From: Nitrospirota bacterium
Lineage (GTDB): Bacteria; Nitrospirota; Nitrospiria; Nitrospirales; Nitrospiraceae
Length of the DNA stretch: 64,000 nucleotides
Assembly (NCBI GenBank): GCA_963703955.1
Contig: CAVPGK010000023.1
Location: 32,001 to 96,000 of the forward strand
Direction: 5' to 3'
The notes beneath the pieces were generated by a model that saw only the letters and a program-made list of their open reading frames with translations, was not told the origin of the DNA and ran no database searches. How positions within the stretch are numbered: position 1 is the stretch's first letter; each line of letters begins with the position of its first letter. Below, piece after piece: positions 29,048 to 40,272 of this stretch. The translations under genes were made by a program, and so were the position numbers.

Positions 29048-29500
29048 ATGCCTCCCTTCATTCATAGGATGATGTTGTCACGTCTACTGATCCTGACGTG
29101 GCTGATCTCCTGGATCAGCACTGTCCCCCTTTTTCATGTCCATCTCCCGGACGCAAAAGAGGGGCTGCCTTCTCTTCGGAGCGGTATAGCTCACACTGTA
29201 TTTTCTCCTGATCTCCCCGGCGAGTTCTCTCATTTTTCCATCGCGAGAGATCATCGAAGCCCTTTCCTCAACCTCTCGCAGCGTGGCTTGAACTCCCCGG
29301 AGCTTGGCTTCGCCGTCCTCAATGATCTCTCTAAGGATCGCAAGGTCAGAGAGGCAACCGCCCTCGGCTCTTCTTACTGCCCGCCCAACAGCCTGGATCT
29401 CTCTAGTAGCAGCATCGAAGTGCTCGCCGTAGAGGGTAGCCCGCTTGTGCATGGACCTCCTCCCCCTTCTCGTGCTCCTCCCTTTCTTATCTCCATGTAA
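29048..29500 (+). CDS. Exported protein with a His motif and C-terminal RAPP motif (DUF2946-like candidate arrest peptide)
   Basis: GGAGG RBS; hydrophobic N-terminal segment, PLFHVH, HTVFSPD, and C-terminus GPPPPSRAPPFLISM*. Confidence 0.75.
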   Translation: MPPFIHRMMLSRLLILTWLISWISTVPLFHVHLPDAKEGLPSLRSGIAHTVFSPDLPGEFSHFSIARDHRSPFLNLSQRGLNSPELGFAVLNDLSKDRKVREATALGSSYCPPNSLDLSSSSIEVLAVEGSPLVHGPPPPSRAPPFLISM

Positions 29501-29788
29501 GGTGTCCGTGAGCCGGAAGACCTCCGCTAAGGTGTGCTGAAGGCGCACGTGCCATAAGGCAAGAGTCCAAGGCGTGACTTACGTCACCCTGCGGTAACCG
29601 TACTAATCAAGCCCAGCATGGCAATGGAAAGCAGTGCAAGGAATCCTCACTAATCCTACGGATCTATGCTCCTGTCTTCAGTGCATTGGGTCACTAATGG
29701 CAAAGCGTAAAAACAATGGCGCCTCTGGTACCGCAAGACGCCCGAAGATCACCACCGCCAACCTGCCCGGAAAGGAGCGTGAATCAAC

Positions 29789-30064
29789 ATGATGTTACCA
29801 AGGGAGCTGATCTGGATTCAGCGGCTGACTGATCGCTATGGCGTGGCCGGTCTGCTGCGCCTCATCAGTGTAAATTGCTGCGATCGGGCCGGTACACCGG
29901 CGGACAACCTGCAGCAGTGGGCGAAGATGGCCACGATCGTGGCGGACGCCGCGCAGCAGGCCCGACGCATCGTGCCAGAGCGGATGATTTCGATAACCAC
30001 AGCCCGACGGGAACCAAACGAGAAGGGGGCAGCGATGGCACGTAAAGCTAGAGTCAAAATCTGA
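29789..30064 (+). CDS. Hypothetical protein (91 aa)
   Basis: AAGGAG upstream. The ATGATG start overlaps the stop of a 31-codon ORF at 29697-29792. No motif recognised. Confidence 0.4.
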   Translation: MMLPRELIWIQRLTDRYGVAGLLRLISVNCCDRAGTPADNLQQWAKMATIVADAAQQARRIVPERMISITTARREPNEKGAAMARKARVKI

Positions 30065-30462
30065 ATGGGACCGGGCTCGACGAGGCCATCGTGGACGATT
30101 CGGACCTTATCGGTGATCTTCTTCGATTCACGGCCGCTGACGCACGATCCAAGGCCGCTGTTCGGAAACCGATACACGGCTTTGCGATTCACCATGACTC
30201 CGTCGCAAAAGCGCAACATTGCCCACAGCCGCCGATGCCCGAACGTCGGAGAGGACCTTCTAATATGGGTGGACTAAAATCCACGCTCATCGATCACCGG
30301 ATCCGTCGCGCCTCACTTACGTAGTTAAGTGGCGGTTCACGATCGACCAGCGTAGGGGTGTGTTTCTGATTTAATCAGAAAGGACCTGCGACCGCCGAGA
30401 CGGCTCAAACGTTTCCCCAGACCTCTATCTCGGTGGAGGTCGAAGAGCAGGAGGATTACACC

Positions 30463-32074
30463 ATGCCTACAAATTCCAATCGTGTGACGATTCCCGGCAG
30501 TGAGCGCGCCCCCCTTCACGGAGCCCGTGCCGTCGGTCCGATACCGAATGATGAGCGCTTTGAAGTCACCATTCGAATTCGGCGAAAGACCGCTCTCCAG
30601 AACTTCCAGAGCTTGGCTGACGGATTCCATACGGACAAACTACCCATGAATCGGCGCTACCTGACGCGCGAGCAGTACACCTCGTCGCATGGCGCCGACC
30701 GGGCGGATATCGCGAAGGTCGAGGCATTGGCTCTGGCGCATAACCTCGTCGTCGTCGAAACAAGCTCGGCTCGTCGCAGCATCTTCCTCTCGGGGACCGC
30801 TGCTGACTTCGCGAGAGCGTTCGGGACAACCATCCAACATTACGAACACGACGGGGGCACCTACCGTGGCCGGATCGGCCCGCTGACGGTGCCGGCCGAG
30901 TTGGACGGAATCGTAGAGGGTGTGTTCGGGATCGACGACCGACCGGTGGCGAAACCACACTTTCAACGGCGCAAGATGACGGACGGTATGCAACCCCGCG
31001 CGGCCGGGGCATCAGTCACCCCACCCGAACTGGCAAAGCTCTACAGCTTCCCAACCGGCCTGGATGGCTCCGGCCAGTGTATCGGCATTATCGAACTGGG
31101 CGGCGGCTACCGCACCGCCGACATCAACGCGTACTTCCAGAGCTCGGTCGGCCGGTGCCGAAGGTGAAGACGGTTCGGGTCGACGACGGAAAGAACCAAC
31201 CCTCCAACGCCGAGAGTGCCGACGGAGAAGTCATGTTGGACATCGAAGTCGCAGCCGCCGTCGCACCGAAGGCACTGATCGCGGTCTACTTTGCGCCGAA
31301 CACCGACAAGGGATTCCTGGACGCCATCACGATGGCGATCCACGACACGACCAACAAGCCGTCGGTAATCTCGATTAGTTGGGGCAACCCGGAGAAAAAC
31401 TGGACCGCACAGGCGATGAGGACCTTCGACCAGGCATTCCAGACTGCGGCTGCCCTCGGCGTGACAGTCTGTTGCGCGGCGGCGGCGACGAGAATCCGGA
31501 TCAATTGGCGCAGTTGGGAGAGGTGCCCGATGGACTGGCCCACGCCGATTTTCCCGGATCGAGCCCCTTCGTGCTGTGCTGCGGCGGCACGAAGTTGACC
31601 GGGACCGGCACGTCGATCACGAGCGAAAGTGTGTGGAACGAGGATTCTGTTCGCAGCGCCACCGGAGGGGGGGTGAGTGACTTCTTCCCTGTGCCGCAAT
31701 ACCAGAGCATGGCCGGCATCCCGCCATCGGCAAATACCGGCGGCCACAGGGGGCGGGGTGTCCCCGATGTCGCGGGCGATGCGGACCCTGCCACCGGCTA
31801 CTTAGTCCGTGTTGACGGGCAGGAATTTGTGATCGGCGGAACGAGCGCCGTCGCCCCCTTGTGGGCGGGCTTGATCGCGCTGATGAACCAGAAGCTCACG
31901 CACCCAGTAGGATTTCTGAACCCGCTCATCTACCAGCCGTCCTTCGGCAAGGACTCCTTCCGAGATGTCTCTTCGGGCAATAACGGGGCCTACTCTGCCA
32001 AGCAGGGCTGGGATGCGTGCACGGGATGGGGAACGCCAAACGGAGCAAAGCTTCTCCAGGCGCTCGGAGGCTAA
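30463..32074 (+). pseudogene. S53 (kumamolisin/sedolisin) serine protease with two frame disruptions
   Basis: Pro-domain, [44 protein letters not shown] and GWDACTGWG. Shifts at ~31143 and ~31485. Confidence 0.88.
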
Positions 32075-32492
32075 TCTAATATGGAAAACGGAGCCTGACC
32101 AAACGCTTGACCTGAGCGCAAAATAGACGCGGCGATGTCCCGCGAGCCTGGTCTTACACCAGGGCGCGTACTCGTAAATCGAGTTTGCTGAGCGCGGCTT
32201 GTTCATGTCGCTTAGGCACCCTTAGCAGCCGCATAGCGGATATGCCGAGAGGTCGGTTTCGTGCGTCTAGAAATTGAGGAGCACGAAATCAGTCGCCCTC
32301 AGCAACTTCAATCGTCGCTGTCTACTAATGGGACCGTACCCGGGCAGCAGGTCACTCCTCTACGGCCCTGGATTAAGCCAGAAGGGCGGCAAGGAATGCC
32401 GCGCCTCTGTGACTTCCTTGGTCCTACGATAGCCACGTACCGATCGTGATCGGGTGCACAATACTGAATGCCCAGGAAGAGAGGGGTTCGTC

Positions 32493-35400
32493 ATGATGAA
32501 CATCTTCCGTCGTCCCTCAGGTATCTGGTGTCGTTTTGCGATGATGTGGCTGGCCGGGCTCTTGTCTGTCATGGCCCCGCCGCCAACTAGAAGCCAGGTC
32601 CACGCGCCGCCGATCACGCCGTCGGGACTGAACACGCACATTGGCGCGCCCACACCGCTCCCAACTGGACAGATCAACTATGACATCACGGGGGGAACCA
32701 GGCCGGGAAACGGGGCGAACCTCTTTCACAGCTTCGGGCAGTTTGGGGTGCCCACCAACAATATCGCGAACTTCCTGAACGACACGGCGCTGGCGACGTC
32801 CAACATCCTCGGCCGTGTGACCGGCGGACCACCTCGAACATCTTCGGCACGATTCAGACCAGCGGCTTTGGGAGTGCGAATCTGTTTCTGATGAACCCGG
32901 CTGGCATCCTCTTCGGTCCCAATGCGACGTTGAACATCGGTGGCATGGCGACCTTCACGACGGCAGATTATCTCAAGCTGGCCGATGGGACTCGCTTCTA
33001 CGCCGCGCCCAATGCCGCGGCCGATGCATTGCTGAGCATTGCGCCAGTGGCGGGCTTTGGGTTCTTGGGGCCGAGGTCGGGCCCGATCACGGTGGATCAC
33101 AGCACGCTGCAGATGCCGGAGGGGAAGGGGTTGGCGCTGGTGGGCGGAGCGATCAGCATCGTGGGGGGACGACTGATCACCAAAGGAGCGCCTGTTGAGC
33201 TGACCGGACGCGAGTCGATCGTCATTGCGGGGACGGTCCAGGATGGGACGACCGGCGTCTTTGCGTCAGCGGACAGCGCCGGCCATCCAGGCCATGTCAC
33301 CCTCTCGGCGCCGACCATACAGCTGCAGACGGCGACGCTGGAGAGCAGCGCAGGGGAGATCGGCAGTGCCGGGACGGTCACGATCCAAGGGTTCGGAGGA
33401 CCGGCGGCGAAAACTGTGTCCCTGGACAATGCCACGGTCCGGACGACGATCAGCGGAGGCAGCGCGCTCAGCACACCGGGTCACATCACCATCACCGCGG
33501 ACTCTGTGACGCTCAGCAATGGGACGCTTCTTACGGCCGACACCTTTGGTGCGGCGCCCGCCGGGGACATCACCTTTAACGTGGGGTCACTGACCACGAT
33601 CGGAGGGCCGAATCGCGTCAATGCCCACCCGGAGGATACATTCACCGATCCCAAGCTCAATGAGGTGGGAGTCCTGATTGCCAGTAATAGCAGGGGCCTG
33701 AGTGCAGAGGCGGGTCCCGCCGGGACGATCACCATTCAAGGGGTCAACGGTCCAGGGAGCAGGGCAAAGAGTGTCAGCCTCGACGATACCAACCTGTCCA
33801 CGAAGGTGTTTGGCGGGACGGCGGATACGAGGCCAGCCTCGATCACCATGACGGCGGACTCAGTGGACCTCGGCACCGCCACGGACCCGGTGAACCTCGG
33901 ACACGGCGTCTTCATCGAGGCGGTCACCGCCGGCCCCGCGCCCGCGGGGCATATTGCGCTCCACGTCAACACGCTGCGGGCGGATGTGAACCCGGACGGA
34001 ACACCGATCAAAGGCGCAGGTGGAGTATTCTTTAACACCGCAAGCCAAAGTCGAGACAGCACAGCCGGGCCCGCCGGAACCGTGACCATCTCGGGACCGG
34101 GCCCGGAGTCCACGGATGCGGCGACGCTGGTCGCCCTCGACAAGACGCAGATCACCACGTCGGTGCTCGGTGGCACCGCCGCCACACCTCCGGCGGGGAT
34201 CACGATCACGGCGAAGACTCTGGCTCTCAGCTCTGAAATAGGCACTCCCGTATTCGAGGAGCTTATTGGCGAAACGGGGATTTTTGCGGCCTCGGCGGGT
34301 GCCGCGCCCGCAGGGCATATTGCGTTCCACGTCGACACGCTGCGGGCGAATGTGAACCCGGATGGGACGCCAATGGGCCACGGCTATGGGTTCCTCGGCA
34401 CCTTTAGTCAAAGCCGAGATAGCACCGCCGGCCCGGCCGGGACCATAACCATTTCGGGGCCGGGCCCGGGACCGACAGATGCCGCCACCTTGGTGTCCCT
34501 CAGCAACTTCTCCCTCAATACCGATATTGCCGGCGGGACGGCGGCCACGGTCCCGTCGGCGGTCACGATCACGGCGCACACCCTCACCTTCAGCGGGAGC
34601 ATTCGCACCAATGAACTTGGGTTGCGAACGGGGATTCTGGCGTCATCGTCCGGCAGTGCGCCCGCGGGGAACGTTGTGCTCAACGTCGATACGTTGTCGA
34701 CCAGTAACACGAACTTTTCGAGCAGTAGTACCAGTGCCGCCGTCAACGCCGGGAACGCCGGGAGGATCACCATTCAAGGCGTCGCTGGGGCCGGCTCGCT
34801 CCCGACTGCCGTGACGCTCAACCAGACCGACATCGCAACGGAAGCGAACGCCGGCACCGGCGGGTCCATCGCGCTGGCCTCCGCGACGAACATTCTGCTG
34901 ACTGACTCCACCATTTCGGCCGCCGTCACCGGCGGCAGCCAACCGGGCGGCCACATCACGTTGTCGGCCGGTAACCACATCGCGCTCACCGATGGATCGG
35001 TGATCTCGGCGCAAAGTAGCGGTCTGGGGAATGCGGGCAACATCACCCTCACGGCAGGGGAGGAAGTGCTCAGCACCAACAGTGCGGTGACCACCGAGGC
35101 TAGCCATGCGAGCGGCGGCAATATCACGGTAACGGCAACGGATCTGGTTCAACTCACGAACAGCCAGATCAACGCCTCGGTGCAAGGTTCCACGACGACT
35201 ACCGGTGGCAACATCACCATCGACCCGCAGTTTGTGATTTTGCAGAACAGCCAGATCCTTGCCGAGGCGACGCAGGGTCAGGGCGGGAACATCTCCATTG
35301 CGACCAATGCCTTGGTCCCCGATGCCACGAGCCTGGTGGACGCGTCGTCGCAGTTTGGGGTCAGCGGGACCGTGAGGATTCAATCGCCGAATGCCCCCGC

Positions 35401-35731
35401 GGCCGGCAAGATCGTGCCACTGTCCAAGACCACGCTGGAGACCGCTCCGCTGTTGAGCCAGCGATGCGCGGCCATGGCAGGCGGCCTGTACAGCAGCTTT
35501 GTGGTGGCGGGGCACTACGGCATGCCGACGGTGCCGGGCGGGTGGCTGGCGAGCCCACTGGCGGCGCTGGGCGCGGGCGCAGGGCACAGGACAGGAGGCG
35601 AGGTGCAAGAGGGCCAAAACGCGGCCTCCTTGCATACAAATGAGACCGAGATCATGTCGTTACGCAGGCTGCTGTCTACCGACACAGTGGCGAACATCTT
35701 AACGAATTGGACAGCAGACTGTGGCTCATGA
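32493..35731 (+). CDS. Filamentous-haemagglutinin-like (TpsA) exoprotein; 1-nt frameshift near 32829
   Basis: Signal peptide; TPS motifs NLFHSFGQF, NILGRVTGG and NLFLMNPAGI; GGNITI beta-helix repeats. Confidence 0.88.
33935..34600 (+). repeat. Internal ~120-codon tandem duplication in the FHA-like gene
   Basis: APAGHIALHVNTLRADVNPDGTP...SQSRDSTAGPAGTVTISGPGP..TDAATLV recurs as APAGHIAFHVDTLRANVNPDGTP...SQSRDSTAGPAGTITISGPGP..TDAATLV. Confidence 0.85.
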
Positions 35732-35892
35732 CCGGTCGTGCTGGGAAATGGAAGGCATTCGAGTAAAGAGTTGTCTGAATGTTAGAACCGTGTCAGAGAG
35801 GCTGGTACTGGAGCCATACAGAGTTTCGATAAGTAGAATTTTCCCAAAATTACCAAAATGCATCAATTAACTATGACAGAAAGACGAGGACT

Positions 35893-36345
35893 CTAGGGAT
35901 CGCCAGCCTCGACGGTCACCAAGCCGACAAAATTCATTTCTCCGGTCTGTAGGGCCCTGTCTAACCGTACCGTATAACGCAGAAGGCCGGCTTGTGAAAA
36001 GCAAAGGCTGGCGCTGTGGTGTGAGGGCAAGCTCGTTGCATTGACGACGTCGCTGAAGCCAAATCCTCGCCGGCAGTTAATCTTTCCTTCTAGAGAATCA
36101 AGGAATACGATTTGGACCGACCCATTACGTTGATTCAACCAACGGACTTCATCGCCCATCTGAACAGTGATGTTCCGCAACGGAAACGACTCCCCGATGA
36201 TGATTTCGTGAACTTTACCAGTTCGACTGGTGCGGGGAAGCAGGCTGCAGGCGGCTAATAAGCAAGCCATGCCCACAATAATGAACGTCATTCCATAAAT
36301 ATTCTCAGACTTTCTGCCCACACAATCTGTAGACGTCATCATCAT
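35893..36345 (-). CDS. Cupredoxin-fold-like lipoprotein
   Basis: LAA-C lipobox; ITVQMGDEVRWLN and SASLCFSQAG..RYTVR. Canonical type-1 Cu ligands are not evident. Start uncertain. Confidence 0.75.
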   Translation of the reverse strand: MMMTSTDCVGRKSENIYGMTFIIVGMACLLAACSLLPRTSRTGKVHEIIIGESFPLRNITVQMGDEVRWLNQRNGSVQIVFLDSLEGKINCRRGFGFSDVVNATSLPSHHSASLCFSQAGLLRYTVRLDRALQTGEMNFVGLVTVEAGDP

Positions 36346-36458
36346 CTTCGGTGCCAATCGTTCTCTCACAGCGCTCACCACCAACATGTCACAAGACTCT
36401 CTCGGCTATTGGCGCCAGCCTTTCGGTCTGATCGGGGATCTAGTGCACGCGTAAGCTT

Positions 36459-37727
36459 TCAGTCCATTGTGTTGAGAGCATTCGAGCGGATTGACTCCTT
36501 CACATTCAAGTCGTGTGTCAGCCTTTTGGCTTCGGCCATTTGCTTAGCGCTCATCTGCTGAACGACAGAATCGCGAAGCATGAGCGCTTCCTTATGACCT
36601 TGTGCTCCGGCCCGGCTGAACCAGAGGTACGCTTGAATAGGATCCTGTGGTACCCCGTAGCCTTTGGCATAGAGCACCCCAAGGTTGACTTGAGCCGTCG
36701 CCTCCGCCTGCTCGGCAGCGCGGCGAAACCATTGTCTGGCCTCGCGGTAATCCTGCGGAACTCCCTGTCCTCTGGCATACAGAAGTCCGAGGTTGAGTTG
36801 AGCTATTGCATTCTCTTGATCAGCAGCGAGACGCAACCAGCGCCTGGCCTCCCCGTAATCCTGGGTGACACCGTGACCCTTGGCGTACATCAGCCCGAGA
36901 CTGACTTGAGCGGTCGCATTGTTTTGGTTGGCTGCCAGGCGAAGCCATCGTGCTGCCTCCGTATAATCTTGGGCAATGCCCTGTCCCTTGAGATAGAGGA
37001 GTCCAAGGTTGACTTGCGCGGAGACATTCCCTTGTTCGGCTGCTAATCGATACCACTGCCGCGCGTCAACGTAACTCTGTCGCACCCCGTGACCCTGGGC
37101 GTACATGAGCGCGAGATTGAACTGCGCCCGATCATTCCCCTGGTCTGACGCCTGACGAAACCATTGCAAAGCTTCAACATAACTTTGTGGGACCCCCTGG
37201 CCCGTGACATACAGATGACCGAGATTCACCGCGGCCGTCGCGTCCCCCTGCGCAGCCGCCTGACGAAACCACCGAGCCGCTTCCGTGTAATTCTGTGGAA
37301 CGCCGTGACCTTGGCTGTACATCAGCGCTAGGTTAAGTTGAGCGATAGCATTGCCTTGCTGTGCCGACAAGCGAAACCAGTGAGCTGCTTCTGCAACGTC
37401 CTGCCGGACACCGTGCCCCGCATCGAACATGATTCCCAGATTGAGCTGAGCCAGCACATGTCCCTGGGTGGCAGCGTCGCGAAACCATCGCACAGCTTCG
37501 GCATGGTCTTCCTCCACACCTTCCCCATGGGCATACATATAGCCGAGCATGAACTCAGCCGATGCATCGCCGTGTTCGGCCAGTGACCGAAAACTCTTCA
37601 GAGCCGTTTCATAGTGATGGCTCTGATAGGCTTGCATCCCTCCAGGAAAATCCGCCCAACATGGCGGGATGGTCACGTGGGTAACGACGATGGCGAAGGC
37701 TAGTGAGCTGAGCTGGAACCATCTCAT
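36459..37727 (-). CDS. Secreted Sel1-repeat protein
   Basis: Signal peptide and about nine 36-aa repeats of AQ.NLG.MY..G.GV.QDY.EA..W.R.AA.QG. Confidence 0.95.
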   Translation of the reverse strand: MRWFQLSSLAFAIVVTHVTIPPCWADFPGGMQAYQSHHYETALKSFRSLAEHGDASAEFMLGYMYAHGEGVEEDHAEAVRWFRDAATQGHVLAQLNLGIMFDAGHGVRQDVAEAAHWFRLSAQQGNAIAQLNLALMYSQGHGVPQNYTEAARWFRQAAAQGDATAAVNLGHLYVTGQGVPQSYVEALQWFRQASDQGNDRAQFNLALMYAQGHGVRQSYVDARQWYRLAAEQGNVSAQVNLGLLYLKGQGIAQDYTEAARWLRLAANQNNATAQVSLGLMYAKGHGVTQDYGEARRWLRLAADQENAIAQLNLGLLYARGQGVPQDYREARQWFRRAAEQAEATAQVNLGVLYAKGYGVPQDPIQAYLWFSRAGAQGHKEALMLRDSVVQQMSAKQMAEAKRLTHDLNVKESIRSNALNTMD

Positions 37728-37899
37728 GGGTCCACTTCAGGGCTATGCAACCTGCTCCTTCAACTAGTAAACCTTCTGCTTTTATTGTACTGCCCTGTCA
37801 AAGGCTGGTGTTGTAAGCGCTTTGGCCGGATGCGAGTCAGCCCACTCTTACAGCTGAATTGGGGAGTGGTTGGATTCTGAATCGAAGAGACAGCTAATC

Positions 37900-38442
37900 T
37901 TAACACTTCGCCGTCAAATTGAACAGGGAGCTCCCATCGATGTGTTTCTTCCTGAGGCGTTTGAGGAAGTCGAGAAATTGCATAAGAAGGGACTGACTCT
38001 CAACGGAGGACCTCGGATCTTCGCGCGGACCTCTCTCGTGCTCGTCATGGCAACGGCCTCCCCGGCAATATCCATCTCCTTTCACGATGTGTTTCCGGAT
38101 CGAACAATCCGCATTGCCCTCGTCGATCCCAAGACCTCAGCATTGGGAGAAATTACGGCGAGTGCGCTCACAAAGCTGGATCCCGCGTACAAAAACCGTT
38201 CCCACCTTCTCCACGTCGAGCATAGTGATGATGTCGTGAATCTGATTCGCACGGGGAAGGCCGAGGTCGGCATCGTCTACCGCGTGGATGCGATCAACAG
38301 CGGGCAGGTGCGCATCATTGACGAAGCCCCGGCCGGAAGGCATACACCGGTCCAATTCGGGGAAGCGGTGGTGTGGACCTGTCGGAAAGCATCCCTTGGT
38401 GTCGCGGAAGAGTTTTTTAATTTCATCGTGTCCGCTGATTAA
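37900..38442 (+). pseudogene. modA: Molybdate ABC periplasmic binding protein fragment, truncated at both ends
   Basis: TLRRQIEQGAPIDVF, RIALVDP..SALG and G.AEVGIVY.VDA. No signal peptide and no modB/C nearby. Confidence 0.75.
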
Positions 38443-38719
38443 GAGACTAAGTAATCATCACGATCCAAACAAAACCGCACAAACACAGTAATGACCTAGA
38501 CAAGAGAGGTCAAAAAGGGACATCTATCCGCGCAAGGTGGTCGGCAGGCAGAGGTAAGTGGCATCTAGTATGGTCTTACGCTCCGGGGTAAAGCGTCCCC
38601 GAATTAACACGACCGTTGAGGTAAGCGTCCGTGGCGACGCGACATGGTTAAAGCTGAGGTTAGGGTTGAGCAAGAAGCTTTCGCCTTACACTGCCCCCTG
38701 CTTTGCCTCAGCCTTGTGC

Positions 38720-39121
38720 TCAGTAACTGCGGGTCGGGAGGTTCATCGCTGGCGTTGGATGAGCCTCGACCTTTCCGTGTTGTCGTAGCGGGGGAGAATC
38801 CCAAATGACTTTATTTCCGGGCGCCAACGTCGCAGCCTCCTTAAAGTGACGCTTGGCCTCCGCTTCGTCTCCGAGGCTCGACAGAGCCCACCCCAAGTTG
38901 TAGTGCGCTTCCGCCAGGGACGGCTGTGCTTTGATGGCCGCTTCGTACTGAACCTTCGCCTCTTCGAACTGCCTCGCCTTGAACAGACGGTTTCCTTCTT
39001 CCATGATCGTGACGATGGCGGGATCGGTCCCCGCGGGAGCGTGAAGCGTCCGTTCGGCGCGCTGAGGTGCCGCGCAGGCCGCGAGCGTCCAACCCACCAC
39101 GACTAAGGCAAGTATCTTCAT
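38720..39121 (-). CDS. TPR-repeat lipoprotein
   Basis: AGGAGG RBS; LAA-C lipobox; PSLAEAHYNLGWAL TPR. Confidence 0.85.
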   Translation of the reverse strand: MKILALVVVGWTLAACAAPQRAERTLHAPAGTDPAIVTIMEEGNRLFKARQFEEAKVQYEAAIKAQPSLAEAHYNLGWALSSLGDEAEAKRHFKEAATLAPGNKVIWDSPPLRQHGKVEAHPTPAMNLPTRSY

Positions 39122-39264
39122 CCCAGCGACCCTCCTGTTATCGGCACGGCCGTACCGTTGCGCAGAAACACGAGCGAACACCCGACTGCATCGCGGTCCA
39201 GACAACGAGAGACGGCACGCTGAGGTTCGCTGCGCGGAGGTCGGCCCGGCGGAGGCCCGCCCCG

Positions 39265-40272
39265 CTCTGACAGGCGGCCTCAGCCATCCCATCTTGAGGC
39301 TACACCGCCGACCAGCGGGAGGGGACAAGAGTGCATCGCACTTTGGCGGTCGTTTCTGCAGCCGTCAGAACACCATTGTGTGCTCGACGAGATACTTGCC
39401 TGCTTTCTCTACGAGGAGCATCTCGGCAACGAATTCTCCCGGCGCTTTTGTGAACCACTGCTTCCAAACAATGGCTGCGGCGCCAGGCCGTTTGAACACA
39501 GCTACCGCTTCGCGTCTGGAAAAGAATCCTTTCTCCCGCTGGTACTTCTCGCAGACTCTCTGAAGATACTCTTTGGTCACGATGCCCTTCATTCGTTCGC
39601 TGAAATCTCGAACGTGACGCGCATGATCGATTGCGGTCGATGCGTCCATGAGATTATCCATGATCGGCTCGGCAATGCCGAGAATTTCGGCATCGGACAT
39701 ATTTTCCAGTGTCTTCCGAGAACATCACAGGCGCCGTAGGCGTCACCGGTCGGCCGCCGGCCGGACTGCCCCATGCGTACCTGCCGACCAGAGATAGTGG
39801 AAGGTTAGTCTCGGGCCAGAACCAGCTCCGGGTCGACATTCTCTTCCTCTCGCAGGGCCGGCCTACCCTCTTTCGGACGATCCTCGAACCACGGGAAGAG
39901 CGCGGGGAGCAGTACGAGGGTCAACAGCGTGGATGTCAGCAACCCGCCGATGACGACCACGGCTAGCGGCCGTTGCACTTCAGACCCAATCCCGTGTGAG
40001 AGGGCCAGCGGAAGAAGACCGAACAGGGAAACGAGTGCGGTCATGAGAACCGGCCGGAGGCGCAACAGACAGCCATGGATGATCGCCTCGTCGCCGTGCT
40101 GGCCGTCTTTGCGTAATTTGATAATGTACGACACCAGCACGATGCCGTTCAGAACCGCCACCCCGAACAGATTGATGAACCCGACCGACGCCGGCACGCT
40201 CAGATATTCCCCGGTCAGCCAGAGGGCCACAATACCGCCGATCAACGCAAACGGAAGGTTGAGAATGATCAG
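39265..40272. repeat. Direct repeat copy B (matches 21149-22417)
   Basis: Covers the small-gene paralogue and the last ~470 bp of the full-length cusA. Confidence 0.95.
39365..39700 (-). CDS. Second copy of the 21249 hypothetical; original start, RBS and upstream region deleted
   Basis: Differs from copy A by one substitution (HAMVF/HTMVF). The first Met and 293 bp upstream are absent. Confidence 0.65.
   Translation of the reverse strand: MSDAEILGIAEPIMDNLMDASTAIDHARHVRDFSERMKGIVTKEYLQRVCEKYQREKGFFSRREAVAVFKRPGAAAIVWKQWFTKAPGEFVAEMLLVEKAGKYLVEHTMVF

Noticed and set aside
36459..37727. 108-bp periodicity that could look like a CRISPR array
   Set aside because: It is the coding Sel1 repeat. 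No identical repeats with unique spacers and no cas genes were seen anywhere in the window.
37814..37853. TGTAAG...CTTACA resembling a GacA box
   Set aside because: The half-sites are separated by ~29 bp rather than 6.
38580..38720. Possible structured RNA (GCTGAGG...CCTCAGC pairing)
   Set aside because: Only short stems, no family resemblance and no second copy.
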